This document shows, piece by piece, positions 8,868 to 19,341 of a stretch of 63,538 nt of DNA. Position 1 is the first letter of the stretch; each line of letters opens with the position of its first letter. Position numbers and translations under genes: made by a program. Location: positions 1 through 63,538 of the forward strand of contig CAYZOC010000001.1 of NCBI GenBank assembly GCA_964480275.1, written 5' to 3'. The stretch comes from an uncultured Staphylococcaceae bacterium (GTDB lineage: Bacteria > Bacillota_I > Bacilli_A > RFN20 > CAG-826). The notes under the pieces are model-generated. The model saw only the letters and a list, made by a program, of their open reading frames with translations, had not been told where the DNA came from and did not search any database.

Positions 8868-9947
8868 CTACTTCTTTAATTCATCGAAACGTTCGTGATT
8901 AAAGTCTATTAATATATTAATTAAAACTTTACGGGCTGCTAAATAGTCATCAGTATCAATAACTGATGAGCAAGTGTGAATGTTGCGCGCACATATACAG
9001 TGGGTGAGTGTTAAGACTCCACTATTAGACATATGGATTGCACCAGCATCAGTTCCTCCAGGACTGGAGTAGTATTGACTTTTAACGTCACTAGCTTTAC
9101 ACATGGCTTCCTGATATTGAATTAATTTAGAAAAACTAAGCATCGAACGATCGGCATAGCGAAGTAAAACCCCACCACCCAATTGTCCTTCTTCATCTTT
9201 GTTTCCTGTCGAATCACGAGCAGGAGAACAATCAGGGACAATTGCAAAATCAGGATTAATCATCTGGGCCATCGTAGTGGCTCCGCGAAGTCCTACTTCT
9301 TCTTGCACAGTTGCGCCAATATATAAATCATAAGGGAGTTCGACGTCTTTAAGTTGAGCGGCAACATCAAGTCCCAAAACAACGCCATAGCGATTATCAA
9401 ACGCTTTTGATAGTAAGCGTTGGCCCTGATTTAGTTCGACAAAGTCACCTTTTATTACGACCATCGCCCCAATATAAACACCACTACTGATAGCTTCACT
9501 TTTACTTCTAAAGCCAAAGTCAACTAACATGTTTTTTATTTGAACTGGTTGGTTTCGATCATTTTCACTCATCAAATGAGGAGGAATTGCATCGATACTA
9601 CCTTCAATAAAATCACCATTTTTTGTCCGAAGATGAACGCGGTGAGCAAGCATCGTTTGTGGATTAATCCCACCAACAGGATTAAGTGCAATCATGCCAT
9701 TTTCCTTGATGTCAATCACAATAAAGCCAACCTCATCCATATGTGCAGCCACCATAACTTTAAGTGGATTTGGATGTTTACTTTTTTTCAAAGCAAAAAT
9801 TGAACCTAAATTATCCTCGACAATTTCATAACCTAGGCTATGATATTTTGCGCCCAAATAATGAGCAAGCAAATTTTCTTGGCCGGAAATTGAGTTGATT
9901 TGCGTGACTTCTTTAAAAAGATTTAGTTGTGTTAAGTTTAGTTTCAT
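8868..9947 (-). CDS. M42 family metallopeptidase (glutamyl aminopeptidase / YtoP-like)
   Basis: Contains AHMDEVGF, FDNRYG, VQEEVGLRGA and GGTDAG, the motifs typical of the M42 family. Confidence 0.8.
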   Translation of the reverse strand: MKLNLTQLNLFKEVTQINSISGQENLLAHYLGAKYHSLGYEIVEDNLGSIFALKKSKHPNPLKVMVAAHMDEVGFIVIDIKENGMIALNPVGGINPQTMLAHRVHLRTKNGDFIEGSIDAIPPHLMSENDRNQPVQIKNMLVDFGFRSKSEAISSGVYIGAMVVIKGDFVELNQGQRLLSKAFDNRYGVVLGLDVAAQLKDVELPYDLYIGATVQEEVGLRGATTMAQMINPDFAIVPDCSPARDSTGNKDEEGQLGGGVLLRYADRSMLSFSKLIQYQEAMCKASDVKSQYYSSPGGTDAGAIHMSNSGVLTLTHCICARNIHTCSSVIDTDDYLAARKVLINILIDFNHERFDELKK

Positions 9948-9949
9948 CT

Positions 9950-10582
9950 TTACTCCTTAATCGCGACGATACGATAAATTTTATGTCCTTGGCTGCGAAA
10001 GTTTAATTCATATTCTGTCATTGCATCAAATTCAACATGTTGTTGGTAGTCTTCACTTTGTTCAACAATTTTCCACCCATTTTCAACATAACTTTCAAGT
10101 GAAAAAAGATATAAACTTTGTTGATCAGTTTTTTGGACGATCATCTTACCTTCTTTTAACGCCTCTTGATATACGTCAAGAAAACGTTTACTAGTCAAGC
10201 GACGTTTTTCATGGCGTTTTTTTGGCCATGGGTCAGAAAAGTTTAAGAAAATAGTTTCAAGACTATGCTTTTTCAATAAGGGAATTATTTTTAGTGCATC
10301 ATCTTGAATAAGCCGCACATTATTTAATCCCGCTTCGACAACTTTCATCGCTGTCATAGCAGCGACAGAAATATTAAGTTCAATGACAAGAAAGTTAAAA
10401 TGAGGATTATTTTTGGCCATTGCAACAATAAAATCACCTTTACCTGGTCCTACTTCTAGATATAAATTGTCACGATTGATAAAATCATAAAAATCAGCAG
10501 AGTCATAACGTTCCTCACTAATATAGACTTCAGGATGGGCAACTAAAAAAGGAATACTCCATTTTTTTAGTTTCATCCGCAT
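9950..10582 (-). CDS. trmB: tRNA (guanine46-N7)-methyltransferase
   Basis: Starts MRMKLKKW and contains EVGPGKGDF and FSDPWPKKRHEKRRL motifs. Confidence 0.9.
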   Translation of the reverse strand: MRMKLKKWSIPFLVAHPEVYISEERYDSADFYDFINRDNLYLEVGPGKGDFIVAMAKNNPHFNFLVIELNISVAAMTAMKVVEAGLNNVRLIQDDALKIIPLLKKHSLETIFLNFSDPWPKKRHEKRRLTSKRFLDVYQEALKEGKMIVQKTDQQSLYLFSLESYVENGWKIVEQSEDYQQHVEFDAMTEYELNFRSQGHKIYRIVAIKE

Positions 10583-11934
10583 AATTCGACCCCGAGTGCG
10601 TGAATTGCATGAGCGTAAATATGCATTTGTGCATAAATATCATCAAGTAAAACATGTTCATTAGCCTGATGTATGCTACCATCACGGCCTTTAAAAGCAC
10701 TGCCAAATGCGACGGTATTCGGACATTCCTTAGCATAGGTGCCGCCACCAATCGCCATCGGCATTGATGTTAAATCACCTGTTTCAGCTTGATAAACATG
10801 TAAAAGTTTTTGAATAAAATCACTCTTAGGATCAAAGACTAGCGGTTTGCTTGTCGACCTAACCTGTATTTCCATATCAAGCGCGTGTCCAACTAAATCA
10901 AGGTGTTCTTCGATCACAACATTTTCTGGATGTCTAAAGTTTGTTACAAACGTAAGTTTGCCTTCCTTGTATTCCATTAATCCAACATTGTAACTAGACT
11001 CACCAAGTAATTCACTATAGTAATAAGCATCGAAATTACGGCCTTTTGTATCACGATAGCATTCAGCAATATTACTTAAAAATCCAATACCATAATGATT
11101 TCCTAGCGCATCAAGCGCGGCTAAACCAGCATTAAATCCTAGCTCAGGCATACTACCATGGGCACTTTTGCCAAATATTGTAATGTGTGATTGTTCACCG
11201 ACATTTTTAAATGTATATTTGAGTTTCATCGCCTCGAGTGTCTCGATAAAAGAATCGTCGCGAACGATGGCCATCTTTAATTCATCAATCACGGAATTAC
11301 TAGCTTTACCACCACTTAGCCTTAACAATGGATGTAAATCAATTTCTTTACTAGCAATATAATTTGTAATCCCTTTTTCACCATATATAAGGGGAAATTC
11401 TGCATCAGGTGTAAATCCATAAGTTACGGGTTTTTTCTTTAAGGTGTTGAAATAGTAGTGCATACAACTACTACCTCTTTCTTCATCACCACCAACGACC
11501 ATTCTTACTTTATAACCTTTAATTAAGTCGCTGTCTTTTAAAGCCTTTAAGGCATAATAAGCCGCAATAAGTGGTCCTTTATCATCACTAGTGCCGCGAC
11601 TATACATATACCCATCCTTGACCGTTCCACTAAAGGGTGGATAGTCCCAGCTTCCGGTCGCTGGAACTACATCAGCATGGGCAAAAATTCCAATTTCTTG
11701 CTCGCCTTCACCAAAGGATATTTCCGTGACTCTTCCATCGATATATTCAACATCAAAACCATCCTTTTTTGCCATTTTATACACGATCATCAAAGAATCA
11801 TGGACACCAATGCCATAAGGATATTTAGTTGATACTGTCGATTCATCATAGACAGAATTTGATTGAACAAGTCTTTGTAAGGATTTAATTGCCTGTTCAT
11901 TATATGGTTTTGTTAGTAGTTTGAAATCAATCAT
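10573..11934 (-). CDS. pepV: M20 family dipeptidase PepV
   Basis: Contains HADVVPA...W..PPF and SRGTSDDKGP. Length of about 450 aa fits PepV/Sapep. Confidence 0.8.
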   Translation of the reverse strand: MIDFKLLTKPYNEQAIKSLQRLVQSNSVYDESTVSTKYPYGIGVHDSLMIVYKMAKKDGFDVEYIDGRVTEISFGEGEQEIGIFAHADVVPATGSWDYPPFSGTVKDGYMYSRGTSDDKGPLIAAYYALKALKDSDLIKGYKVRMVVGGDEERGSSCMHYYFNTLKKKPVTYGFTPDAEFPLIYGEKGITNYIASKEIDLHPLLRLSGGKASNSVIDELKMAIVRDDSFIETLEAMKLKYTFKNVGEQSHITIFGKSAHGSMPELGFNAGLAALDALGNHYGIGFLSNIAECYRDTKGRNFDAYYYSELLGESSYNVGLMEYKEGKLTFVTNFRHPENVVIEEHLDLVGHALDMEIQVRSTSKPLVFDPKSDFIQKLLHVYQAETGDLTSMPMAIGGGTYAKECPNTVAFGSAFKGRDGSIHQANEHVLLDDIYAQMHIYAHAIHALGVELCG

Positions 11935-11968
11935 AATAGCACCTCTTTTCTATGCTATTGTATCATAT

Positions 11969-12529
11969 TTAGGCTTCAAGATTTAAGCGGTTTATCACAG
12001 GTTTCAACGCTGTGACGACAAGAGGGACAATTATCGAATAACTTGCCGCCTCTATTAATGCACCAGAACCTAGTATTGGAGCAACAACTATCCACGTTTC
12101 CGGATGAATGAGACCCAGCATACCAATTACCATGACGGAATGTAAAAATGAGGTAGCAAAAATATAGACAACAATTAGCCACGAACTAAATTTTAATGGT
12201 AATTTGCGAATATTGGTTGCAATAATCCCGGCCACAAGTCCAAAAATTGCCCGCGGAAGTACCGATATCAGCGGGTTTATAAAGAAATAATCAAACGTTC
12301 CAGGAACGGTTAAGGCTTTAAATAGCGAGAATAGACCAAAGGTGACTCCATAAATGAGACCTCGTTTCCAACCAAAAATATAGGCACCGATAAAGACAAT
12401 AATCGGAATCGTAGTAAAAGAGATTGGTCCCACGCTAATAAAACCTAGAAAGGGGACAAAGGCAAAAATTGCTATGATGGCAATAAACATTGCATCAATT
12501 ACCATCATTTTTATTTGCTTGTTTTTCAT
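11969..12529 (-). CDS. ECF-transporter substrate-specific (S) component, possibly pantothenate-specific
   Basis: 186-aa protein with six predicted TM helices and the layout typical of ECF S components. Its start overlaps the coaX stop by 1 nt. Confidence 0.5.
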   Translation of the reverse strand: MKNKQIKMMVIDAMFIAIIAIFAFVPFLGFISVGPISFTTIPIIVFIGAYIFGWKRGLIYGVTFGLFSLFKALTVPGTFDYFFINPLISVLPRAIFGLVAGIIATNIRKLPLKFSSWLIVVYIFATSFLHSVMVIGMLGLIHPETWIVVAPILGSGALIEAASYSIIVPLVVTALKPVINRLNLEA

Positions 12530-13317
12530 TATTGAGATTTCCTTTGATTTTTATTTAATATTTCATATAGTCCATGATGGATAAGATAGCGATTATATGT
12601 GTAGTTAGTACTACTATCTTTTACTAGATATTCACTAACAAAAGCAGCATTACCACCAGTGATAATGACGCTAAGTTTCTTGTTTGTTTCACGATTTATT
12701 AGTTCAACCATCCCTTTTATTTGCGCTAATGTTCCATAGACAAGCCCACTATTAAGTGCATCCTTAGTATTTTTACCGATTACTCTAGCTGGACATTCAA
12801 CAGCGACTTGTATCAAAAGAGCAGTATTGCGATCAAGGGCATCTTTGCTCATCATAATTCCTGGTGTAAAACTAACACCATCGAATTGCTTGTTTTCGTC
12901 AATATATATATATTTATTGACTGTTCCTAAATCGACAATAAGAAAAGGGGCCTCATAAAATGCAAGTGCCCCAACACTCACCGCAACAAGGTCGGCGCCA
13001 ACTTCATTTGGGCTATCAACACGCAGTTGTAGCCCGGTTTTAATTCCTGGCCCAAGCACACGTGGTTGAATTCCAAATAGTGTCGCAACAAGATTTGAAA
13101 CTTTTTTAGTCTCAATTGGAACTACACTTGAAATTATTGCTTCTTCTACTGATGAGTTCAATAAATTTTTCGATGTTAATAAGCTAGTCACATCTGATAA
13201 ATATTGATCAAAAGTTCGGCGAGTATTCGTATCAATCATTAAAACATGTTTGAGTTCTTGTTGTTCAAAAAACCCAAAGGCAATTGTCGTATTGCCTATA
13301 TCAATCGTAAGTTTCAT
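12529..13317 (-). CDS. coaX: type III pantothenate kinase
   Basis: Starts MKLTIDIGNTTIAFG, with ASKHA-fold motifs VDLGT and ITGGNA. Confidence 0.9.
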   Translation of the reverse strand: MKLTIDIGNTTIAFGFFEQQELKHVLMIDTNTRRTFDQYLSDVTSLLTSKNLLNSSVEEAIISSVVPIETKKVSNLVATLFGIQPRVLGPGIKTGLQLRVDSPNEVGADLVAVSVGALAFYEAPFLIVDLGTVNKYIYIDENKQFDGVSFTPGIMMSKDALDRNTALLIQVAVECPARVIGKNTKDALNSGLVYGTLAQIKGMVELINRETNKKLSVIITGGNAAFVSEYLVKDSSTNYTYNRYLIHHGLYEILNKNQRKSQ

Positions 13318-13401
13318 ATTTCCTCCGCTACAATCTTGTCTCTACAAGTATCGTGCAAGTTAATTTTAGTACTTTTTTAGACTAATAGGAAGATAGACAC
13401 A

Positions 13402-15804
13402 CTAGACTGCCACAATATTGACAATTTTATTCGGCACAACAATAACTTTTTTTACTTTTTTTCCTTGTAGATTTCTAATTATTGCTTCCGCTTCAAAAGC
13501 GATTTTCTCTAGCTCTTCTTTGGCTATATCCCGTTCAACTTCAGCCGTTGCCCGTAACTTTCCATTGATTTGCAGTGCAATTTGAACTGTTTGCTTTTGT
13601 AGATACTTTTCTTCATAGCTTGGCCATGAGGCAAAACTAATTCCCGTATCAAAACCCAAACGTTGGTAAATTTCTTCGCCTAAGTGTGGGGCGATTGGTG
13701 CCAATAGTTTGATAAAATCCACGAGATAAGGGCGATAAATAGACTTAGCCTTATAAACTTCATTAACAAAGATCATCATTTGTGCAATTGCTGTATTAAA
13801 TTTAAGGTTATCAAAGTCTTCAGTGACTTTTTTAACGGTAGAATGGAAAGTGTAGTCTAATTCATGGCTATTTTCGTCACTAATAACACTAGCAAACTGA
13901 TCACTATAAATTCTTTCAACGCGATTTAAGAATCTTAGAGCGCCATCAAGTCCGCTATTCGACCAAGGTAGACTAGCTTCTAGTGGTCCCATAAACATTT
14001 CATATAGACGTAGGGTGTCAACACCATAGTTTTTGATAATGTCGTCAGGATTAACAACATTTCCACGTGACTTAGACATTTTCTCGCCATTTTCACCAAG
14101 AATCATCCCTTGGTGAAATAGTTTTTTAAATGGTTCTTTAGTTGGAACTTCACCAATGTCGTAGAGAAATTTATGCCAAAAGCGTGCGTAGAGTAAGTGT
14201 AAGACCGCATGCTCGGCACCACCAATATATAGATCAACTGGCAACCAATGTTCCATCAGACTCTTATCAGCAATTGCTTGTTCGTTTTTTGGATCCAAAT
14301 AGCGTAAATAGTACCAGCAAGAGCCGGCCCATTGTGGCATTGTATTTGATTCACGCGTCACTTTTTTGCCAGCAATTTCAGTGTTAATCCAATCGGTTGC
14401 GAGTACAAGTGGCGACTCACCAGTCCCACTAGGCTTGTACTGCTCAAGCTCTGGTAAAACTAGTGGTAAGGCCGCGACATCTAGTGCTCTAGTTTCTTGT
14501 GTTTCATCAATAGTGTAAATAGGCATGGGTTCTCCCCAATAACGTTGACGTGAGAACAACCAGTCGCGAAGTTTATAATTGACCTGTTTTTTTCCTAATC
14601 CGATTTGTTCAAGATACTCGATAATTTTAATCTTGGCGTTATATATATCAAGACCATCGATAAATGAAGAATTAATATGAAGTCCATCTTCAACCATCGC
14701 CTTTTCACTAATATCACCGACAAGAACTTGACGAATTTCTAGTTGATGTTTCTTAGCAAATTCATAATCACGTTGATCATGAGCGGGAACCGCCATGACT
14801 GCACCATCACCATAATTTACGAGCACATAATCGGCAATATAAATCGGTACTTGCTCATCATTAACTGGATTGATCGCGTAGGCCCCAGTGAAAACTCCAT
14901 CTTTATCCTTATTTAATTCAGTCCTTTCAAGATCACTCTTATGAGCAATTTTCTTGCGATATTGTTCAACTGCATCTTTATACTTTTCGCCAACAATCCG
15001 ATCGACGAGCGGATGTTCAGGGGCAAGACATGTATAAGTGCAGCCAAAAAGTGTATCAACTCTAGTTGTAAACACATTAAAGCTTTCCTCACTATCCCTA
15101 ACCTTAAAAGTGATTTGTGCTCCTTCGCTCCTTCCAATCCAATTGCGTTGCATTTCTAGTGTTGATGATGGCCAATCAAGTTCCTCTAAACCCTCAAGAA
15201 GTTTTTCGGCATACTTTGTAATTCTAAGTTGCCATTGACGCATTGGTTTGCGAACAACAGGGAATCCACCAACCTCACTAAGCCCGTCAACGACTTCTTC
15301 ATTAGCTAACACTGTTCCTAACTCAGGACAAAAATTTACAGGAATATAATCAACATAGGCCAGATCATGTTCATATAATTTAATGAAGATATATTGTGTC
15401 CATTTGTAATAACTTGAGTCTGCAGTCGATACTTCGCGGTCATAATCATAGCTAAACCCCATCTCTTTGAGTTGGCTTCGGAAGTTCGCAATGTTTTGAT
15501 TAGTAAAAATAGAAGGATGATTATTCGTTCTGATAGCATATTGTTCAGCCGGAAGACCAAAGGCATCATAGCCAATAGGATGAAGAACATTATATCCTTG
15601 AGCACGTTTCATCCGTGCAACAATATCTGTAGCGGTGTATCCTTCAACGTGTCCAACGTGTAAACCCTGGCCAGATGGATAGGGAAACATGTCTAATACA
15701 TAATATTTTGGTCGCGAAAAGTCATAAATATCAGTTTTAAACGTTTGGTTTTCCTCCCAATATTTTTGCCATTTTTTTTCTAAACTAGTGAAATCATATC
15801 CCAT
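13402..15804 (-). CDS. leuS: leucine--tRNA ligase
   Basis: [12 protein letters not shown] (HIGH-type) and KMSKSRGN motifs. I place the start at ATG 15804, because the TTG at 15819 is part of the TTGGAGGAA RBS. Confidence 0.95.
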   Translation of the reverse strand: MGYDFTSLEKKWQKYWEENQTFKTDIYDFSRPKYYVLDMFPYPSGQGLHVGHVEGYTATDIVARMKRAQGYNVLHPIGYDAFGLPAEQYAIRTNNHPSIFTNQNIANFRSQLKEMGFSYDYDREVSTADSSYYKWTQYIFIKLYEHDLAYVDYIPVNFCPELGTVLANEEVVDGLSEVGGFPVVRKPMRQWQLRITKYAEKLLEGLEELDWPSSTLEMQRNWIGRSEGAQITFKVRDSEESFNVFTTRVDTLFGCTYTCLAPEHPLVDRIVGEKYKDAVEQYRKKIAHKSDLERTELNKDKDGVFTGAYAINPVNDEQVPIYIADYVLVNYGDGAVMAVPAHDQRDYEFAKKHQLEIRQVLVGDISEKAMVEDGLHINSSFIDGLDIYNAKIKIIEYLEQIGLGKKQVNYKLRDWLFSRQRYWGEPMPIYTIDETQETRALDVAALPLVLPELEQYKPSGTGESPLVLATDWINTEIAGKKVTRESNTMPQWAGSCWYYLRYLDPKNEQAIADKSLMEHWLPVDLYIGGAEHAVLHLLYARFWHKFLYDIGEVPTKEPFKKLFHQGMILGENGEKMSKSRGNVVNPDDIIKNYGVDTLRLYEMFMGPLEASLPWSNSGLDGALRFLNRVERIYSDQFASVISDENSHELDYTFHSTVKKVTEDFDNLKFNTAIAQMMIFVNEVYKAKSIYRPYLVDFIKLLAPIAPHLGEEIYQRLGFDTGISFASWPSYEEKYLQKQTVQIALQINGKLRATAEVERDIAKEELEKIAFEAEAIIRNLQGKKVKKVIVVPNKIVNIVAV

Positions 15805-15817
15805 ATTTTTTTCCTCC

Positions 15818-15965
15818 AAAAATAAAAGGTGTTACCTAAGGGCGAAATTTCGCGGTACCACCTTAATTCACACATTTGTGTCTTATTAATCTTCTTAACG
15901 GGAAGAGACGGCTATTTGCAAATTGGTGAGACACAAACCTATCACTCTGTTTTTTCACTAGCAAC
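15818..15965 (-). promoter_or_regulatory. T-box riboswitch leader of leuS
   Basis: Minus strand has the T-box core AATTAAGGTGGTACCGCG (RC of 15851-15868). A terminator helix follows (aaggtg...tacc / ggta...cacctt) with TTTTATTTTT. The 5' part, UUGCUAGUGAAAAAACAGAGUGA, resembles the base of a stem I with a GA/K-turn. Confidence 0.75.
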
Positions 15966-15969
15966 AGTC

Positions 15970-15998
15970 ACTATAAGTAAGTTAGTTTGTTTATTCAA
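15970..15998 (-). promoter_or_regulatory. sigma-A promoter for the leuS T-box leader
   Basis: Minus strand reads TTGAAT (15998-15993), 17-nt spacer, TATAGT (15975-15970). Confidence 0.55.
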
Positions 15999-16054
15999 TT
16001 CTAAGCACTTTAAGTTTAGCATAGTCTAATAGTTTTTCAAGTGAATGTATTGTC

Positions 16055-16912
16055 CTACTTTTGTTTCTTGAATCGTAGGGTTAACACTGAAGCGATAAAA
16101 AACACGATTAAAGTCGCAATTAATACAAGTAAACTTACAAAGTTTGGCAGCACATTACCATTGATAAAATACTTTACACCGAGAAACTCTTGAAGATTGG
16201 TGAGCTCTTCAATCGGAGCGTTTGCAAATACTTTTCCCATCGATTCTTCCATCATTACGCTACGAAACAAGACCCCAGAGTGCGATGGAGGAAACAACAT
16301 AATGACAATTTTTACAGGATCGGGAAGATTGCCAATTGGAACGTAAATTCCCATCAAAAATCCGATAAGCGTTCCAACGATTGTTGAAATTATCGAAAAC
16401 GCATTAGTGGTTTTAATGAATAAAATTATAAAAAATATTATTGAACTAGCAGTTAATACATTCAACAGCATAAGTCCAATTAATTTAATTAATACGATGA
16501 TGTCTAAAAGTGGACCTCCATAAATTAAAATATAGATTTGAGCAAAAACAAGTGTAACTATACTCATAAATAATCCAATTATTACACTTCCTAATGCATG
16601 ACCTAAGACTCTAATTGTGGGTGAAATTGGTGAAACGACAAAGTCACGTTCGAGCTTTTTGGCCTTATCATCGACTAAAATTCCATACGCTCCTAGTGTG
16701 GTTGTAAAACCACTAACAGCGATCACACCAGCCATAATCCATTGGTCCATCATTGTTCGATAACCTTCGATTTCATCATTACTAACAAGATCACCTAAAA
16801 ACAAAACATAAAGACCAATTATAATAAAAACACTTAAAAGCGAGAAAAATACCGTGGCTTTGTCACGAAAATAAAGTTTTAAATGTCGTAGTGCAAGGGT
16901 AAAAATCATCAA
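16055..16912 (-). CDS. ABC-2 type transporter permease
   Basis: 285-aa protein with six predicted TM helices. Overlaps the upstream ATPase gene by 4 nt. Confidence 0.7.
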   Translation of the reverse strand: MMIFTLALRHLKLYFRDKATVFFSLLSVFIIIGLYVLFLGDLVSNDEIEGYRTMMDQWIMAGVIAVSGFTTTLGAYGILVDDKAKKLERDFVVSPISPTIRVLGHALGSVIIGLFMSIVTLVFAQIYILIYGGPLLDIIVLIKLIGLMLLNVLTASSIIFFIILFIKTTNAFSIISTIVGTLIGFLMGIYVPIGNLPDPVKIVIMLFPPSHSGVLFRSVMMEESMGKVFANAPIEELTNLQEFLGVKYFINGNVLPNFVSLLVLIATLIVFFIASVLTLRFKKQK

Positions 16913-17823
16913 TCACGTAACTCCTTTCCTGTAACTTCGACAAAAGCATCATCTAATGTCCCATTAAGAACTTGAAAAGAAGCAACCTCATCTTTGTACC
17001 GCGATAAAATATCAAGTGCTTGCCAGCCATCAAAAAGGGCAATAATTATTCCATCTGCTTGGATTTCATATTCGACTTTATCACTATCAAGGATTTCCAT
17101 AAGTTTTTTCTTGTTAATGGGCTTAATTTGCAATGTATCGCGTGAATAACTATCCTTTAATTCATTAGGTGTCCCACTAGCAACTATTTTTCCGTTATCA
17201 ATTATGTAAACATAGTCTGCTTGACTGGCTTCCTCCATATAGTGTGTGGTTAGAAATACCGTCATCTTTTTATCTTTTTGGAGCCGGGCAATTGTCGACC
17301 AAACTAGTAAACGAGTTTGGGGATCAAGCCCAGTCGTAGGCTCATCCAAAAACATTATATTAGGTGCATGAATTAGTGCACGTGCGATATCGACTCTTCG
17401 CCGTTGTCCACCCGATAAGGTGCCATACTTACGCTTAGCAATGTTACTAATATCAATCGTATCCATCGCTTGTTTAACTGCTAGCTCAAGTTCTGCTCCC
17501 TTTAGATTATAAATTCGCCCTCTAACACGAAGATTTTCTTCGACAGTAAGTAAATTGTCTAATACATTTTCTTGAAAAACTATGCCGATTTCGTGTTTGA
17601 TTTTCTCATCTTCGCGGCCAATCTTGTAACCAGAAATGATAATTTCGCCTTCGTCTTGGCGTAAAAAAGTTGTCAGCATATGAATTGTTGTAGACTTACC
17701 AGCACCATTGGGTCCAACAAATGCCAAAAGACTTCCTTTTTTTACAATTAAATCAATTCCATCGACAGCTTTAACTTTGCCATAACTCTTCTTTAGATTT
17801 TTTACGGTAATAATCGCTTCCAT
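16909..17823 (-). CDS. ABC transporter ATP-binding protein (DrrA/CcmA-like exporter ATPase)
   Basis: Walker A GPNGAGKST, signature LSGGQRRR and Walker B MFLDEPTTGLD. Confidence 0.9.
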   Translation of the reverse strand: MEAIITVKNLKKSYGKVKAVDGIDLIVKKGSLLAFVGPNGAGKSTTIHMLTTFLRQDEGEIIISGYKIGREDEKIKHEIGIVFQENVLDNLLTVEENLRVRGRIYNLKGAELELAVKQAMDTIDISNIAKRKYGTLSGGQRRRVDIARALIHAPNIMFLDEPTTGLDPQTRLLVWSTIARLQKDKKMTVFLTTHYMEEASQADYVYIIDNGKIVASGTPNELKDSYSRDTLQIKPINKKKLMEILDSDKVEYEIQADGIIIALFDGWQALDILSRYKDEVASFQVLNGTLDDAFVEVTGKELRD

Positions 17824-17839
17824 TTTAGTCCCCTCTTAG

Positions 17840-17868
17840 ATTGTATATTTATTGAAAATATTTGACAA
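17840..17868 (-). promoter_or_regulatory. sigma-A promoter of the ABC operon
   Basis: Minus strand reads TTGTCA (17868-17863), 17-nt spacer, TACAAT (17845-17840). Confidence 0.5.
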
Positions 17869-17875
17869 ACAATTA

Positions 17876-17900
17876 TTAAAAAAACGGGTTTGACCCCGTT
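17876..17900 (-). terminator. glgA terminator
   Basis: Minus strand reads acggg-gtcaaa-cccgt followed by a T7-8 run. Confidence 0.55.
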
Positions 17901-17916
17901 AAGTGAATTAGTTTAA

Positions 17917-19341
17917 TTAGAGCAAGTTATAAAGTTTAATATATTCTTCGGCACTCTTTTTCCATGAAACATCACTTTGCATCGCGTTTACCACTAATTT
18001 TTGGTGTATTTCATCCTTATGATAGTGTTCAAGAGCATAATTAACAGTTAAACGCATCCAATATTCATCATAGTCATCAAAGCCATATCCATTTGCGACG
18101 TCAAGATTATGACCATTGAAAAGTGTGACGGTATCCTTGAGTCCACCAGTTCTTCTAACAATGGGAATTGTTCCATAGCGTAGAGCAATTAATTGCCCAA
18201 TTCCACAAGGTTCAAAAAGACTTGGCATCATAAAGAAATCGCTAGCGGCATAAATCTTGTGGGCAAGACAGTTATGATAACCAATATAGATTGCCATTTG
18301 TGCAGGAAATTCTCCTCTAAGGCGCTCAAGCGCTTGTTCAAGTCCATATTCGCCACTACCGAGGGCAATTACATTTGCCCCATGCATCAATGCTTCACGG
18401 GCTCCAGCAAGGAACAAATCAATACCTTTTTGCCAAGTAAGTCTAGAAACGATTGAAAATAGTGGGGCCTCTAAGTTTTCTAGTCCCATTTCTTTAGCAA
18501 GGGCAATCTTATTCATTTTTTTATTAGCGATGGTTTTTATCGTAAATTTTTTTTGAATAAATTGATCAGTATGGGGGTTAAATTCCTCGATATCAATGCC
18601 ATTGACAATCCCACTGAAATCATCCTTCCGCAAATTTAGCACGTCATTGAGCCCTTTTGAGCCTTCGGGAGTTAGTAACTCTTGAGCGTGAGTGGGACTG
18701 ACAGTCGTAATTTTATCGGCATATATTATTGCAGCTTTCAAACTACTAGCCCGGTCCCGAAACCGTACATTACCATTATCATAAACACTCATCGGTAGAT
18801 CATAGAAATCTTTGACAAGGTTTGCATCAAACATACCTTGAAAGGCCGGGTTATGAATCGTAAAGACAAACTTTAACTTTTTAAACAACTTATCTTTGCG
18901 ATTTTGTTCTTTAATCAGCGTTGGTAGCATCCCTGGTTGCCAATCATGAAGATGGATAATATCAAATTCTAAACTGAATTTTTCAATCATATTTCTAATC
19001 GCAATCGTGAAAAATGCAAAACGTTCGACATCATCAAAATATCCATAAATTCCTTCACGACCAAAATAATACTCATTCTCAATTAGATAATAGGTAATAC
19101 CTTGATGAACTGTTGTGTAAATCCGGGCAACTTGTTGGCGCCACCCAACGGGTACAGCGACAGTACCTACGAGTTTTTGCTCTGAAGTTTCCTCGCGTTT
19201 AATCCCATAAAGTGGTAAAACAACTGCCACTTGATGCCCGAGTTTCACTTCCTCATGACTCAAACTATAAACAACATCAGCCAGGCCACCTGTTTTTGAA
19301 AAAGGTAGAGCTTCGCTGGCTACCATTAATATTTTACTCAT
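17917..19341 (-). CDS. glgA: glycogen synthase (ADP-glucose type)
   Basis: Starts MSKILMVASEALPFSKTGGLADV, with C-terminal PSLFEPCGIGQL and GGLKDTV. Confidence 0.93.
   Translation of the reverse strand: MSKILMVASEALPFSKTGGLADVVYSLSHEEVKLGHQVAVVLPLYGIKREETSEQKLVGTVAVPVGWRQQVARIYTTVHQGITYYLIENEYYFGREGIYGYFDDVERFAFFTIAIRNMIEKFSLEFDIIHLHDWQPGMLPTLIKEQNRKDKLFKKLKFVFTIHNPAFQGMFDANLVKDFYDLPMSVYDNGNVRFRDRASSLKAAIIYADKITTVSPTHAQELLTPEGSKGLNDVLNLRKDDFSGIVNGIDIEEFNPHTDQFIQKKFTIKTIANKKMNKIALAKEMGLENLEAPLFSIVSRLTWQKGIDLFLAGAREALMHGANVIALGSGEYGLEQALERLRGEFPAQMAIYIGYHNCLAHKIYAASDFFMMPSLFEPCGIGQLIALRYGTIPIVRRTGGLKDTVTLFNGHNLDVANGYGFDDYDEYWMRLTVNYALEHYHKDEIHQKLVVNAMQSDVSWKKSAEEYIKLYNLL

Noticed and set aside
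10530-10751. Other short track ORFs that overlap confirmed genes. Examples are 1198-1425, 2064-2258, 5033-5224, 5478-5732, 7066-7323, 7749-7967, 9540-9803, 11168-11362, 11976-12182, the 14142-15663 set, 16190-16387, 18193-18456, 19848-20039, 21136-21468, 26804-27022, 30581-30787, 31135-31332, 31626-31904, 34372-34648, 35178-35414, 38619-38804, 40123-40311, 40743-40931, the 45162-48898 set, 51863-52117, 52353-53003, 54055-54237, 54710-54898, 55466-55693, 57119-57340, 57703-57939, 58516-58732, 59632-59897, 60319-60519 and 62906-63091
   Set aside because: Each lies wholly or largely within, or antisense to, a longer ORF with clear family motifs. None has its own RBS or a recognisable domain.
15829-16029. 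66-aa plus-strand ORF upstream of leuS
   Set aside because: The region is explained by the minus-strand T-box leader and its promoter.
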